The notes below the pieces were generated by a model, which worked only from the letters and a program-made list of their open reading frames with translations, ran no database searches and was not told where the DNA came from. From Octopus sinensis (lineage: Eukaryota), in NCBI RefSeq assembly GCF_006345805.1, contig NC_043016.1, positions 22,196,001-22,260,000 of the forward strand: a DNA stretch of 64,000 nt. Direction: 5' to 3'. A program made the position numbers and the translations under genes. Of this stretch, positions 14,293 to 28,000 are shown piece by piece (within the stretch, counting starts at the first letter, position 1; each line of letters begins with the position of its first letter).

Positions 14293-14505
14293 CCTTTCTA
14301 CTGGAAGCACAAAACCTCAAATTTGAGGAAAGGGATTAAGTCAATTACATCAACCTCAGTGCATAACTGGTACTTATTTAATCTACCCTGAAAGGATGAA
14401 AGCCAAAATCAACCTTGGCAGAATTCGAACTCAGAACATAGCAATGGGCAAAATACCACTAAGCATTTCATCCAGCGTGCTAACAATTCTGCCAGTTCAC
14501 CGCCT
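14293..14505 (-). mobile_element. tRNA-derived SINE, Meta-domain-like (family C), with TSD
   Basis: Reverse complement matches 51421-51652. A 13-bp direct repeat ATAAAGTTATAAT lies at 14280 and 14509. Confidence 0.8.
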
Positions 14506-15675
14506 TAAATAAAGTTATAATAAAACCACAATTGTTACATACGGTTTCGTTATCTGTTTGAAAAACAGTGAAATAAATTATTGTTTTGACCAGGAAACCC
14601 TGGGCACCTGTATGTAACAAGAATCATGGTTTTTATTATAACATTTTATATATATTTATATGGGAGATGACAAGGGACCTTGACATCTGGCAATTTGGTG
14701 TGCTTGAAACTACATATCAAGCTAAGTAAAATCAAGACCATATATACAGACATGTCTTTTACAACCATGCACTCCCCACCACACACACACACACACACAC
14801 ATACACAATCTGTCTCCTGTCAAAATTCCCCCACAACTGTTCTTCCCAACACCTTTTACCTCATCCATGATCACCACCTGTTGCAGGTCCCTCCACTCTC
14901 CTTCACATGCCTTCCTGCATACTCTATATGTCCTCATATCTCTGCCATGCCTCCATTCTCAGCCACTCCAATATTTCTCACCGTCACTTGCTTCAATTAC
15001 CTCTTTCCCAGCTCTAAACATCTCCCCTTTGCACTCTTAAAGACATTCCACTATACCTTGTGGGTGGTGTATCGTCTCCCCACCACCACTGATGCATCTC
15101 CAACACCATGTATTTCTATTTCTGTCTCCTTTACTCTGTTTCCATCTTTCTCTCTAACTCTATCTCTCCTTCCTCTCCCTTCTATTCCTACATGAGAAGC
15201 CAAGTATCTCCTCTATAGCAAGACATCTATCGTTATCCTACTGTTATCTTCACAAGACTATTACTCAGAGTTTCACATTCCCATTCATCAGACAATTGTG
15301 ATGAATGCTGAATTAAAATCGTGAAATATATGTATATATGTTGGCTTGTTTATGTCGTCCCTGCAACTTTGGTTGGCAAAAAGAGACTGAATAAGTTCCG
15401 TTCTTAAAAAGTAACTACTGGGGCCAATTTGGTCAACTGAGCCCTTCAAAGCAGTGCCCCAACATGGCTGCAGTCCAATGACAGAAACAAGTGAAAGGTA
15501 AAAGATATGTGTATATTTATAGATGTATATGTGTGCGTGTTTTTGTATGTGTTTGTATTATTATTCCACTGTTAGTGGGATCGACCAAAGAAAGGTAAAT
15601 ATCATTTAATATAGACAGTAACTTAAATACAAGCTACTATTAGTTTCATGCATACAATGAATTTGTATCTTTGTG

Positions 15676-16116
15676 GTACCAGTGCCGGTGGCACAAGAAA
15701 ACCATCCGAACGTGGCCGTAGCCAGTACCGCATCGACTGGCCTCCGTGCTGTGGGCACGTAACAAACACCATCCGATCGTGGCCGTTCGCCAGCCTCATC
15801 TGGCACCTGTGTCGGTGGCACATAAAAACACCATCCGAGCGTGGCCGTCTGGCACCTGTGTCGGTGGCACATAAAAAACACCATCCGAGCGTGGCCATTC
15901 GCCAGCCTCATCTGGCACCTGTGTCGGTGGCACATAAAATCACCCACTACACTCTCGGAGTGGTTGGCGTTAGGAAGGGCATCCAGCTGTAGAAACACTG
16001 CCAGATCTGACTGGCCTGGTGCAGCCTTCGGGCTCCCCAGACCCCAGTTGAACCGTCCAACCCATGCTAGCATGGAAAGCGGACGTTAAACGATGATGAT
16101 GATAATGATGATGATG
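15676..16116 (+). mobile_element. Family B SINE-like repeat with internal tandem units and (GAT)n tail
   Basis: Repeated GGTGGCACATAAAAACACC units, then TGGTTGGCGTTAGGAAGGGCATCCAGC and CATGCTAGCATGGAAAGCGGACGTTAAACGATGATGAT. Confidence 0.88.
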
Positions 16117-16345
16117 AATGCTGTGAAAACACAAGATTGTAGGGTATTTCTAAAGTTTTCAGATTGGGTGGTACTGAACCCAATGCTCCAATGACAATAG
16201 GGATAACCTTTATGTTCGACTCTTGTAGCTGCTACGTCTTTGCGATCTCAATTCTCAGATCTCCATATTTATCAACCTTTTCTCTTTCTTTCATGATGAT
16301 ATGTTGATCTCCTGGCACTGCCACATCAATTATTAGGCACTCTCA
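16117..16345 (-). mobile_element. R4/Dong-type LINE fragment (RLE endonuclease region)
   Basis: Homologous to 48830-49065; encodes LIIDVAVPGDQHIIMKEREKVDKYGDL. Confidence 0.8.
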
Positions 16346-16565
16346 TTTGTTCATCCTTCTTTACGTTCTGAGTTCAAATTCTGTCGTGGTTGACTTTGCC
16401 TTTCATTCTTCTAGGGGTCGATAAATTAAGTATCAGTCAAGTACCTGGGTCGATGTGATTGTCTTACTCCATCCTGCAAAATTTCAGGTCTTGTACTTAT
16501 AATAGAAAGGATTATTATTATTATTAGTAGTAGTAGTAGTAGTATTAGTATTATTATTCTGAGAT

Positions 16566-16895
16566 GCTAGTGCCAGTGGCACGTAAGAGAACCATCCGAA
16601 TGTGGCCATTGCAAGTGCTGCCCTGACTGGCCTCCCTGCCGGTGGCACGTAAAAAGCACCATTCGATTGTGGTCGTTTGCCAGCCTTTTCTGGCACCTGT
16701 GCAGGTGGCACATAAAAAGCACCCACTACACTCTCAGAGTGGTTGGCGTTAGGAAGGGCATCCAGCTGTTGAAACACTGCCAGATCAGACTGGGCCTGGT
16801 GCAGCCTTCTGGCTTCGCAGACCCAAGTTGAACCGTCCAACCCATGCTAGCATGGAAAACGGACATTAAACGATGATGATGATGATGATGATGAT
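16566..16895 (+). mobile_element. Family B SINE-like repeat
   Basis: Same motifs and tail as 15676-16116. Confidence 0.88.
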
Positions 16896-16916
16896 GCCTT
16901 GTGTGTGTGTATATAT

Positions 16917-17283
16917 CTTTTATCTTTACTTGTTTCAGTCATTTATCTGTGGCCATGCCGGGGCACTGCCTTGAATGGTTTTAGTCAAACAAATCGACCC
17001 CAGGGCTTATCTTTTAAAGCCTAGTACTTATTCTGTCGGTCTCTTGCTGAAGTGCTTAGTTACGGGGACTAAAACACACTAACATCTATTGTCAAGCAGT
17101 GCTGGTACACAAACACAGACACAAAGACACATAGACATATGCATATCTTTATCTATACAATGTGCTTCTTTCAGTTTGTCTACCAAATCCTCTCACAAAT
17201 CTTTGGTTGACACTTGCCCAATGGGGCTGAAACTGGAGACATGTGGTTGGGAAGCAGACCTCTTACCACACAGCCATGCCTGC
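16917..17283 (-). mobile_element. Family A SINE, diverged
   Basis: Colinear with 5483-5886. Confidence 0.8.
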
Positions 17284-17345
<62 letters not shown>

Positions 17346-19877
17346 ACACACACACACACACATATATGATGTTAGTTGATGATGGATATGTATGTGTGTG
17401 TGCATGTGCATGAATATATGTATATGTATAGATGGAACAAGAAGAAGAAAAAAAAGTAAAAACCAAGATTTTCACCCTCTTTACATCAGCCTTCTTCATG
17501 TTATTTTTTCTCCTGTTTACTCATAGACCAGCATCCTGGCTTTCAAATAGGTCTAACAATATGCACTAGGCCTGAAAGATTACTTGGAGACACATGGCAT
17601 GTTATATAAATCTGCCAAATTATTGTATCTCTACAGCATGAAACTTTTAGTAGCCCTTTTTCAAATTATTTGTCTACTTCTTGCCTCATAATCTTATTTT
17701 ATTAGTGCTATATATATACACACATACACACACGATTGTGAATGTATGTATATTTTTATGTAGACTTACCTATATCTATAAATAAACACACACACAATGA
17801 GCTTTGTACTGTTTCCAGCTATCAGATTTATTCATTCATCATTTTTCAGCTTATGGCTCTTGTAGAAAGCCTTTGTCCAAAGTTCTGCACAGTTGGACTT
17901 TTCAATGTTTCTTCTCACATTCAGTTTTTAGTTTGTTATGCTATGTGGTTTGTGTCTGATGACTGTGAAGATGTTACACATGTTATAATTCATTATTTGG
18001 CATGTTCATAGCACAAGAAACTATTAGAAGCACACAAAAACATGTATTGTGTCTCAAGTAATATATACACATATGTATATGTACATTTGTATAAGTGAGT
18101 GTGCATGTGAAAGTTTACAAAACTACTGAGCTACAGCAACAGACCTTGACACCACTATTTGCATAGCAGCTACAAACAGTGACATCAGCGCTACTAACCC
18201 TTACCTCTTTATCAAGAAAGGGTTTTTTCATTCCACTTATTTTTGAAAGTGCAAAGCAATGGCTAATTGTTTTTCTGAGGAAAATGATTACTGACAACAC
18301 AATCTGTAGCTCAGCGATTTTTTTTTTTTTTTTTTTTTTCATGCAAGCACATCATCATTGTTAAATGTCTGTCTTCCATGCATGCATGGGTAAGACTGTT
18401 GATAGGAGCCGACCAGGTAGAAAACTGGCCCAGGCTACAGACAGACAGACACACATGCACACACCCACACACACAATGAACTTTGTGCAATTTCCGGCTG
18501 TCAAATTCATTCATACATCATTTTTCATCCTGTGGCTCTCGTAGAAAACACTTGTTAATGGCACAGTCATATCCCTGTGCATGTGTGTGTGTGTGTTTGT
18601 CCAACCCCTTCTCATCACACACAATTCTGTCCTCTGGTAAAACTCACCCACAGCCCATTTCCCCAAAACCCCACTACCCACTGCAGGTTCCTCCAGTTCC
18701 TCTCAACTGCACTTGCTATCTCTAAATATCCCTCCCTCACACTCTATTTCATCTGTGCTACTTATACTCCCCCAGCCCCATTTACTGTGAGTAAGCCTTC
18801 TCTCCCTCTCCCTCTCTCTCCTCCTTCCACTTTGTTGTCCTACTGGTGTAGCCAAGTATCTCCTCTGTAATAAGACAACTATCCCTGTCCCTGGCAACAG
18901 AGTCGACCTAGCAGCTACTGGTACCACATAAAAAGCACCCTTTCCTACACCACATAAAAAAAAGAAAAAAGCACTTGTGCTGGCAGCGTATACAACCCAT
19001 CCAAAAACAGCATGCAAGAATGGCAACCAGCTGTAGAAACTCTGCCAAAACAGACAAGTGGAACCTGGTGCAGTCCTCTGACTTGCCAGCTACATCAAAT
19101 CTGTACAAAATGGACACTAAATGATGGTAGTCAAAAGAAAGTGTTTTTCACATTCTTAATGACCAGTTACAATTGTTTTATTACAAACTCTGCTTTCCTT
19201 GTCAGTTTACGCAAAAGTTCCATGTGAAAATTTGTGTAATATATGCAGTAGCCTTCAGTATTAGAGTGGCAGTTCTTCAATAATTCTTTTTTCTTTCTTT
19301 CTTTCTTTCTTTTTAATTGGTTCTCAAAGTACGTATCAAGCTATAAATAATAGAATGTAAATATTGGATTGAAAATCCCTTCTGGATTGACTGTTTCTTT
19401 TCAAATTTCCTATGTAATTTGAGAACCAATTTTAAAATAATGAAAAGAATTATACCTTAGGTCCTTATAGGGTATATAGGTAGGATATATCCAGAGAAGC
19501 ACTCAACCCAAATACTAGGCTATTGACACTGGGAGGTTCCAGACCAATCCCAGAATTTTTCAAGTGTAGAAAATTTTGGTTTCACAATGGTCACACCATA
19601 ATGTAGATTTGGCAAAGAGTAAGTTATAATCCAAATATGATAATACAAATGGAATACAATATATTTTAACCTCAGTAGCCTTCATACAGCTGTTATTTAT
19701 GTATTACTTGTTAAGTATTAATTCTCAATCTATACATTTATTTATTCATAGTTTCTACATTTGGTTCCTCTATATTTTCTCTATCTATTTATATATCTTC
19801 AATTCACCTAAGCCATATTTGTTCAAACTAACATAGTTTATAATTCTCCTGACCACTTTTCAATCAAACTCTGAATT

Positions 19878-20200
19878 CATCATCATCATCATCATCGTTT
19901 AACGTCCGTTCTCCATGCTAGCATGGGTTGGACGGATCGACCGGGGATCTGGGAAGCCAGAAGGCTGCACCAGGCTCCGGTCTTATCTGGCAATGTTTCT
20001 ACAGCTGGATGCCCTTCCTAACGCCAACCACTCCGTGAGTGTAGTGGGTGCTTTTTACGTGCCACCTGCACTGGTGCCAGGCGAGGCTGGCATTGGCCAC
20101 GGTCGGATTGGTGCATTTTACGTGCCACCTGCTCGGAAGCCAGTCGAGGCGGCACTGGCTTCGGCCACGATTCGGATGGTGCTTTTTACGTGCCACCGAC
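19878..20200 (-). mobile_element. Family B SINE-like repeat (young)
   Basis: Near-identical to 45356-45610 and retains many CpGs. Confidence 0.88.
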
Positions 20201-20566
20201 ACAATTCTTTCTGCTTTAACTTTTTAAGGCACACCTCCCACTATTAGATTTCCCCCTCTTTTTCATTTTTTGCATTTCTTTTCCCTTGCATACACACTCT
20301 AAGCTCACAGAAAAGGTATGCTAGCTAGGAGGTGATTTACATTATCCTACCACTTACTATACTACTTCCCCACCACAAATATCACATGTATCCTCATTAT
20401 TTTTTTTATTCCTGAACAATTGTCAGTTATCAGTTGAATTGCTTTTTCACTTTCCATTGTTGTTGCTGGTGAATGTCTTGTCAAATAAATTTTCACCCAT
20501 CAAATGAAATTTGGTGCCAGTGACATGGTTTTGCTGACCAACCAGTTACCTAATTTTTTAGTGTTA

Positions 20567-20802
20567 CTCTCTTTTACTCTTTTACTTGTTTCAGTCATTT
20601 GACTGTGGCCATGCTGGAGCACCGCCTTTAGTCGAGCAAATCGACCCCAGGACTTATTCTTTGTAAGCCTAGTACTTATTCTATCGGTCTCTTTTTGCCG
20701 AACCGCTAAGTTACGGGGACGTAAACACACCAGCGTCGGTTGTCAAGCGATGTTGGGGGGCAAAGACAGACACACAAACGCATTCACATACACACACACA
20801 CA

Positions 20803-20857
<55 letters not shown>

Positions 20858-21024
20858 TATACGACGGGCTTCTTTCAGTTTCCGTCTACCAAATCCACTC
20901 ACAAGGCTTTGGTCGGCCCGAAGCTATAGTAGAAGACACTTGGCCAAGGTGCCACTCAGTGGGACTGAACCTGGAACCATGTGGTTGGTAAGCAAGCTAC
21001 TTACCACACAGCCACTCCTACGCC
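20567..21024 (-). mobile_element. Family A SINE (young)
   Basis: Highly similar to 5483-5886, with an expanded internal (CA)n. Confidence 0.9.
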
Positions 21025-21642
21025 TTATGTTATTAGCTGTTGCTTCTTCTTCATCTCTTCCTACTCCTCATTCCCGCCATAATCTCTACTCTACTTACCC
21101 ATCCCATAACCACACTTTTATTTACTTTTTGTTTCCTCCTCATATAAACCAAAAATTCAGTATCTGGAAGACACACAAGGTGACAGATTTGATGCAAGTC
21201 CCATAAAGTGCAGCTTTAATGTCTAGAACTGCAAACATTACATAAATTTTCACTTCAAATTTTTGTGTAAACTGGCATTGCAAGTAGAGTTGGTACAGAA
21301 ACAATTGTAACGAATCATTAAAAATGTGTTAAAGAATTTCTTTGTTTTCTTATTGTTTGGATTATACAAAGAATTATCATCACCATCATCATGTGTTTGA
21401 GCATTTGTATATGTGTGCATGGCTGTGTACCAAGAAGTTTATTTCTAGCATGTCACTATCAGTCAGGCTGCAAAACTGAAGTTGCAATCCATCCAAAATT
21501 TTAGTCAAAGAAGCATGACCAATTTTCTTCCCAGTGGGATCGTGGTTGTGTTCTCATGATGGCCAAGTGAAATTCTTAATCATATTTATTAATCATTTAA
21601 ATGATTTTTTTTATTTTGAATTTTTTTTCTTTCTTTTTTCAG

Positions 21643-21757
21643 AGACTTGTCATTTAAAAAGGGTGATATAATTACAATTTGCCACCAAGTTGATCAAAAT
21701 TGGTACCATGGGAAACTTGATGGTCAAGAAGGCTATTTTCCATCCAGTTATGTCCAG
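21643..21757 (+). CDS. SH3RF1: POSH exon 3 (SH3 #1)
   Basis: TTTCAG acceptor; (G)DLSFKKGDIITICHQVDQNWYHGKLDGQEGYFPSSYVQ; donor CAG|GTTAGT, phase 0. Confidence 0.95.
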
Positions 21758-22543
21758 GTTAGTTGAGTTACCTTTAAGAATTCTTTTCTTGTGCCTCATG
21801 TTGTTTTTATTGTTTTGCTCCACACAAGCCCTGACCAAGCAGCCCTTCAGTCAGAAATGTTCCAACTGTAACCAATCCATCTGTTATTCACATATAGTTT
21901 CCCAGACTGAATTATCCAGCACGTCTTTCTCTGGTGATAGTGTTGCTACTTAGCTTGTAGGTAGTCCTGATTGAGCAGACCCTTGATCAAAGCTGTTTTC
22001 AACATGACTATGGCCCTTTTGTATATCTGGGATTGTTTTATCCCATCTATCATTTCTTTCTTAAATACATCTGAGTGTAATTTGAGACTTGGCTGCTATT
22101 TCTAGTATTCTTGTGCAGTGGATGGACAGGATCTATTACTGAAATGAATGGGTTCCATAATAAATGATCATTTCTTAACATATTAGAATATATATTGATG
22201 ATGTAATATCATCATCATCATCATCGTTTAGCGCAGAAAACGGACGTTAAACGATGATGATGATATTACACTCTATATCATATTTTGTATATATTTTATT
22301 GTATGTGTGCATTATTTTATTGTGTGTGTGTGTTATTTTATATTTATACTTCACATGATAGCACCCTTTTGAGAGGGTGAGATGAAACCTATTTCTAGTC
22401 CTACTATTTGAATTCATTATAGTTACATTGCATCACATAGCTTGCTGAGAGAATATTTCTTTGCCATGTACTCTGTTTATAATATAAAAATTTTATTTTA
22501 CTATGTAATTTTATATATGTATTTTTGTTTCTACAACATTTAG

Positions 22544-22642
22544 GTGGTTAATAATTTTAATTCAACTGTGCCCCAAGTGAAGGCCTTGTATGACTTTGAT
22601 ATTAATGATGAAAATGAAAAAGATTGTCTGAAATTCTCAAAG
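22544..22642 (+). CDS. SH3RF1: POSH exon 4 (start of SH3 #2)
   Basis: TTTAG acceptor; VVNNFNSTVPQVKALYDFDINDENEKDCLKFSK; donor AAG|GTAATG. Confidence 0.95.
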
Positions 22643-22861
22643 GTAATGATGCAATTCTTATCCTTTAATTTTATTGACTATTTTACATGTGTTAGTGGCT
22701 TACTAGATAAGAATGTTATTATCCTTAGTTTTAAAAATAAAGGTGGATAGTTTCAGTTCAGTCGGGTGTTGTGTGCACATCCATGAATAAGTCACTGGAT
22801 AAATACAGTATAAGAGTTCAGACATAGAAATATGAATACATTAGATACATAGATATGTCAT

Positions 22862-24720
22862 AATTATCATCATCATCATTATTTAACATCTGCTTTCCAT
22901 GCTGGCATGGGTGGGACAATTTGACAGGTACTGGCCAGGCAGAAGCCTGCACCAGACTTCTGTGACTGTTTTGGTAAGATTTTTACAGCTGGATGCCCTT
23001 CCTAACACCAACCACCCTGCAGAGTGAACTTAGCGCTTTTTACATGGCACAAGCACAAATGAGGTCAGTTTTGCAAGGTTTTTACATCTGGATGCCCTTC
23101 CAAACACCAACCACTTTACAGTGTGGACCAGGTGTTTTTAGGTGGCACCAGCACTGACAAAAATCTTTTGAGTGGGGAGGGGGCATTGGAGGAGTGCAAG
23201 AGAAGGAGAGAGAGAATGGAAGAAAGCAGGACAGAGATGGTAGCAAAGTGCTGGGCATACTTACAAGGGACAGGGATGGTCAAGTAAAAGCAGAGAGAAA
23301 TATAGATGGTGGCAAGTGCCAGGGGCATATCCTTGAGGTTTGAAGGTCATAATATAAATGGCAGGATATTGCCAAAGAAGTGTGATTTCAGAGTGCTGAG
23401 GGGAAGTGGTGAAAACCTGGATATATATAGAGTGGTCGTGGCGGGGCTACCAGATAGCAACTATACAGAGAAACAGGGCCGTGAGGACAGGATTGGGGAG
23501 TGAGAGGTAAGCATAGTGCATGAAGGAGGAAATGTGAGGAAGAGAAGAGATGTAGATTGGTTTGTTAGGGAGGGTTTGTGAAAAGTTTTCTTGTTACGTG
23601 TGGGTGGAACACACAGGTTGGGGGCTTACAGATAGCAATAATCAGTGAGACAGGGCCAAGAGGACAGGATTGGGAAGTGGGAGGTAAGCATAGTGCATGA
23701 AGTAGAAATGTAAGGAAGAGAAGAGATGTAGTTTGGTTTGTTGTGGTAAGGTGTGTGAAAAGTTTTCTTGTTAAGTGTAGGTGGCACACACAGTGCTTCT
23801 AGAACTCAGTTTCGCTGATGTGGACAGGTCTTCTCAAGAACCTCATATCACCAGACATCTCAGTCCATTGTCATTTCCTCCATGAGACCCAACATCCTAA
23901 CATCTTTATCACTTCATCCAACATCTTTCTGGGTCTCCCTCTTCCACAGGTACCATCCACTTTCAGTGATCGGCACTCCTTTATGCAGCTGACCTCATTC
24001 ATACACATCACATGTCCAAACCAATGTAGTCTTCTCTCTTGCATGCTACACCTGATTTCTCTTATTCCCAACTTTTCTCTCTATACATTTGCACTTTCTC
24101 ATACATGCACACTGATGTTGCATGTCCAATGGAGCATACTACCTTCATTTCTCTCCAGTCTACGCATGTCTTTTGCATTCAGAGCCCATGTCTCACTACC
24201 ATGGAGTATAGCCATCGGCACACAGGCATCATTCAGTCTACTTTTCACTCTGAGAGAGAGTCCTTTTGTTACTAACAGAGGTAATAGCTTTCTGAACTTC
24301 CTCCACCCTATTCTTATTATAGAAACAATACTTTCAGAGCATCCTCTAGCACTGCTAATCTGGTCACCTAGGTAACAGAAACTATCTACAACCTCAAGAG
24401 AGCCTCCTGGGTATTTGAGAGAATCTAAGTCCCATGGGACTTAGTGCTTATTGTTCCTGCACACCTTTCACATACAAAAATTATTTTATCTGTTAATCTA
24501 CCTGTAATTCCACTGCACGTCTTATGTGTCCATAGTTTTCAGTGGGTGCAGCAAATGGAATTTCTTCCAACTCCTTTCCTACATATTGAGCAGAGCCATT
24601 TACCTGACGGAAAGAGAATTTTATCTTCTCTCTTACAAACAACAACTTTGGTATTTGCTAGGTTAACTTTAAGGCCCTTTGATTCCAGGTTTTGTTTCCA
24701 TACCTGGCATTTCTTCTCAT
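22862..24720 (-). mobile_element. 5'-truncated RTE-type LINE with long 3'UTR
   Basis: Minus strand: LKVNLANTK, a Cys-rich finger, VVDSFCYLGD, ERRLHWFGHV and GTCGRGRPRK, followed by a spacer with an internal duplication of about 130 nt and a family B-type tail. Confidence 0.88.
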
Positions 24721-25029
24721 TCTGCTAAATAATATGTGTGCCTATACATATATATGCTCACACATATACACATACATGCAAACATACATGCACATGCATA
24801 TACGTGCAATAGATTTTAAATATTCTCTGTCTATCTTGCACTATATCATCATCATCATCGTTTAGTGCCCGTTTTCCATGCTGGTATTGGTTGGATGGTT
24901 TGACTGGGGACTGGCAAGCCAGGAGGTTGCACCAGGCTCCAAGGGTGTAGTGGGTGCTTTTTACATGCCACCAGCACAGGGAGCCAATGTATATACTTAT
25001 TATATAATATTGCAAATATCATTCAAAAT

Positions 25030-28000
25030 AGTGTAAATCCATCCATCTCAGCCTACCATTCGTATGAGGGTCATGGGGATAGAGTCCTTGGGCTTCTCCT
25101 CCATAGGGTCCTATCCGAAGCAATTGTTGTTACACATTCTTGCTAGATTCCCAAATGGGACCAACTGAGATTATGGATATTATCCCACCATCTCAAATTT
25201 AGTCTACGCCTAGGTCTCCTACCATCTAACTCATCTTGAAGAATCTATTTTGTGATTCTTTCCTGTGATGTTCTAATCATAGATCTGCAGTACCAGAGCT
25301 GTGACCTCTCAACACAGAGAAGTAGTGGCTCAATCTGGAGAGACTTCCTGATCTCTAAGCTATGCACCTTGTTAGGTAACTTTACTCCAGGCATGTTCCA
25401 GGGGAATCTCATTTCAGTTGCTGGTACTCACAATCATACTTTTTCTGATATTACCCAACATTAATGACCATAGGTGAGGATAGACACAGAAACCAAATAG
25501 AAGATAGTAAATTTGGCTTTTTTTTTTCACTAACCTCTCCTCTTCTGAAGATCAGATACTGGAAGTGGTACATTACTGTATCACTACCTGTAAGTCTAGC
25601 ATCTGGTTATACCTCCTACTTCCCATCAATCATGTAGTGAAAGTGGTACACTCTTTCCCACACGACAAAATGGTATGGCCAGCAACTATAAAGTCTGACA
25701 GTCAGTCGTTGTAGCAGGTCAATAGTTGTAGAGTCATTGTATGAGTTCTAAGAGTCAATTATGTGATATATACTAGTTTGAGTTACTGTCAAGAGAGATA
25801 CTTCAAAGTCGTTGTTTTGTGGAGCGATCAGTGATAGCACAATAGATGAGTCAAAGATGACAAGACATGGAATACCGCCACAACATAATAGTGGCAACAA
25901 GAATATTGCAGTTCTGATAACAGCAAACAAGCAGGTGAGGACCCACATTATAACAGTGGCAATAAGACTATAAACAATTCACATAGACAACATCGAAAAA
26001 AATTTTTTCTACAAGAAAATAAACAATTCATGTGGACATCATCGAAAAAATTTTCATGTCAAGAAATTAAAAGCTCTACAGATGAGTAACAAACATTTTT
26101 GTTGCATATATTTTACAAAAAATCCGTAAAATTGTGGAAAACTTGTTGGAGGGTTTAGTTGGGTTGCAAAAATATCAACAACAACGACAAATGTTACAGC
26201 AATATATGCTACAACTAATAAAATTGGTAACAAGACCAGAAAATACGTTTTTGCCCGATCATGTAGCAAATTCAATAAATGAATTTAAATATGACCCAGA
26301 AGAAGGAATCACTTTCGAAGTATATTATTGAAGATTTGAACAAACTTTCCGAAAAGGATGCCAAGACCAGACAGATGAAATGAAAACGGGTCTAATTCTG
26401 AGGAAACTGGTGACGATAAAGTCTGAGAAACACTGTAACTTTATATTGCCTAAAAAAGTTTCTGACACAAATTTCATGGAAACAATTGACATTTCATGTA
26501 GGATGTTTAGTGATAAAACATTGTTGTCCATCACATATTGGAAGTGTTTGAACACTGAAAAAAGCAATGATGAAGACTTTACCACATATGCAGGTAGAGT
26601 GAAGAGAGAGTGCAAGAGATTTAAACTGGATAGACTAACTCCTGACTCATTCAAGTTCCTGATTTTTGCTCAGGGTCTTACTGCTAAAAAGGACACAGAA
26701 GTCAGAACAAAAATACTCGCAAAGCTGGAAATGAACCAGGATATAACTCTCCAGAAACTGTCAGAAGAGTGTGATATGATGTTAAAAGTAAGGCATGACA
26801 CAGAAGAAATCCAACACAGAGATTGTTTACAGATAAAACCAGTGAGGAAGAGTCAGAAGACGGATAAAGTCTTTCACAAAAAACACGATATACAACAGGA
26901 AGTAAACCCATATGGTATGCGGTGGTAGTCACTTGAGAAAAGAGTGTCTGTTCAAAAAAGCAGTGGTTTTTGTTGTGGGAACACAGGATGCATTAAATTG
27001 CAATGCAAAACTAAGATGATGAAAAATTGGCCAAACAAGAAAAAATAAATAGTTTATCATTAGAGAAAAAAGTTTGTACAACGAACAGAAAATTCATGAA
27101 GGTGAGAATCAAAACCATTAGTGTCAAAATGCAATAAGACACAGGTAGTGACATCATTATCATAAATGAAGAAACGTGGCGACTAGATTTTTTGGAAGCA
27201 TTAGGCTATTGCACTAAAACAAAAGAAAGGATCATGGTAAAAGAAAAGGCAACACCTGTTTTTAGGCCCAAACAGAACATGCCGTTTGCGGCATTGGACC
27301 AGGTCAATAAAGAGCAAGAAAGACAATACAGTCTAGCTATAATTGAAGAAGTCAACCATTCAGACTGGGCAACTCCAGCGGTTTATATAAATAAATAAAA
27401 TAATATATAAAGAGAAAAAAAATAAGAGTGTGTGTGTGTGTACTTTTCAACTGGATTAAATGACTGTTTACTCGAACATAGCTATCCATTACCAATCCCT
27501 GAAGTACTCTCAAAACTAAATGGAGGTAAAATTTTCTTGAAGTTAGACCTCTCGAATGTCTATCTACAGATACAGACAGAAGAAGATTGCACACACCTTT
27601 TAACATATAACACACTGTGGATTGTAGAAATTCAAGCTGCTTCCTTTTGGAGTAAAAATGGCACCTGCCATATTCCAACAAGTGATGGATGCAATATTAA
27701 ATGATTGTGACTTCACTATCGTGTATCTTGATGATATTTTAATGTGACACATTCCATATACCAACACCATTACAGGTGGTTGAACCCACACGTACAAGTG
27801 GAAGAAACAGGAAGAACACAGAGTTGCTATAAATAGATACCAAAAAGAAAAAATATTAAGTTGAAAAAAAAAACCTAAAAAGGGAGGAAGGATGAATAAA
27901 GTAAAATAAGATTATTTGCTTCCCAAAGAAAAAATACTAAAAAGGAGATGTAATGAAAATGGTACATTCCTTCCCACGTAACAAAGTGGTATGAACCAGC

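Noticed and set aside
15676-15945. Repeat-spacer-like array resembling CRISPR
   Set aside because: The apparent spacers are themselves duplicated, the units belong to a dispersed repeat, the context is eukaryotic and no cas genes are present.
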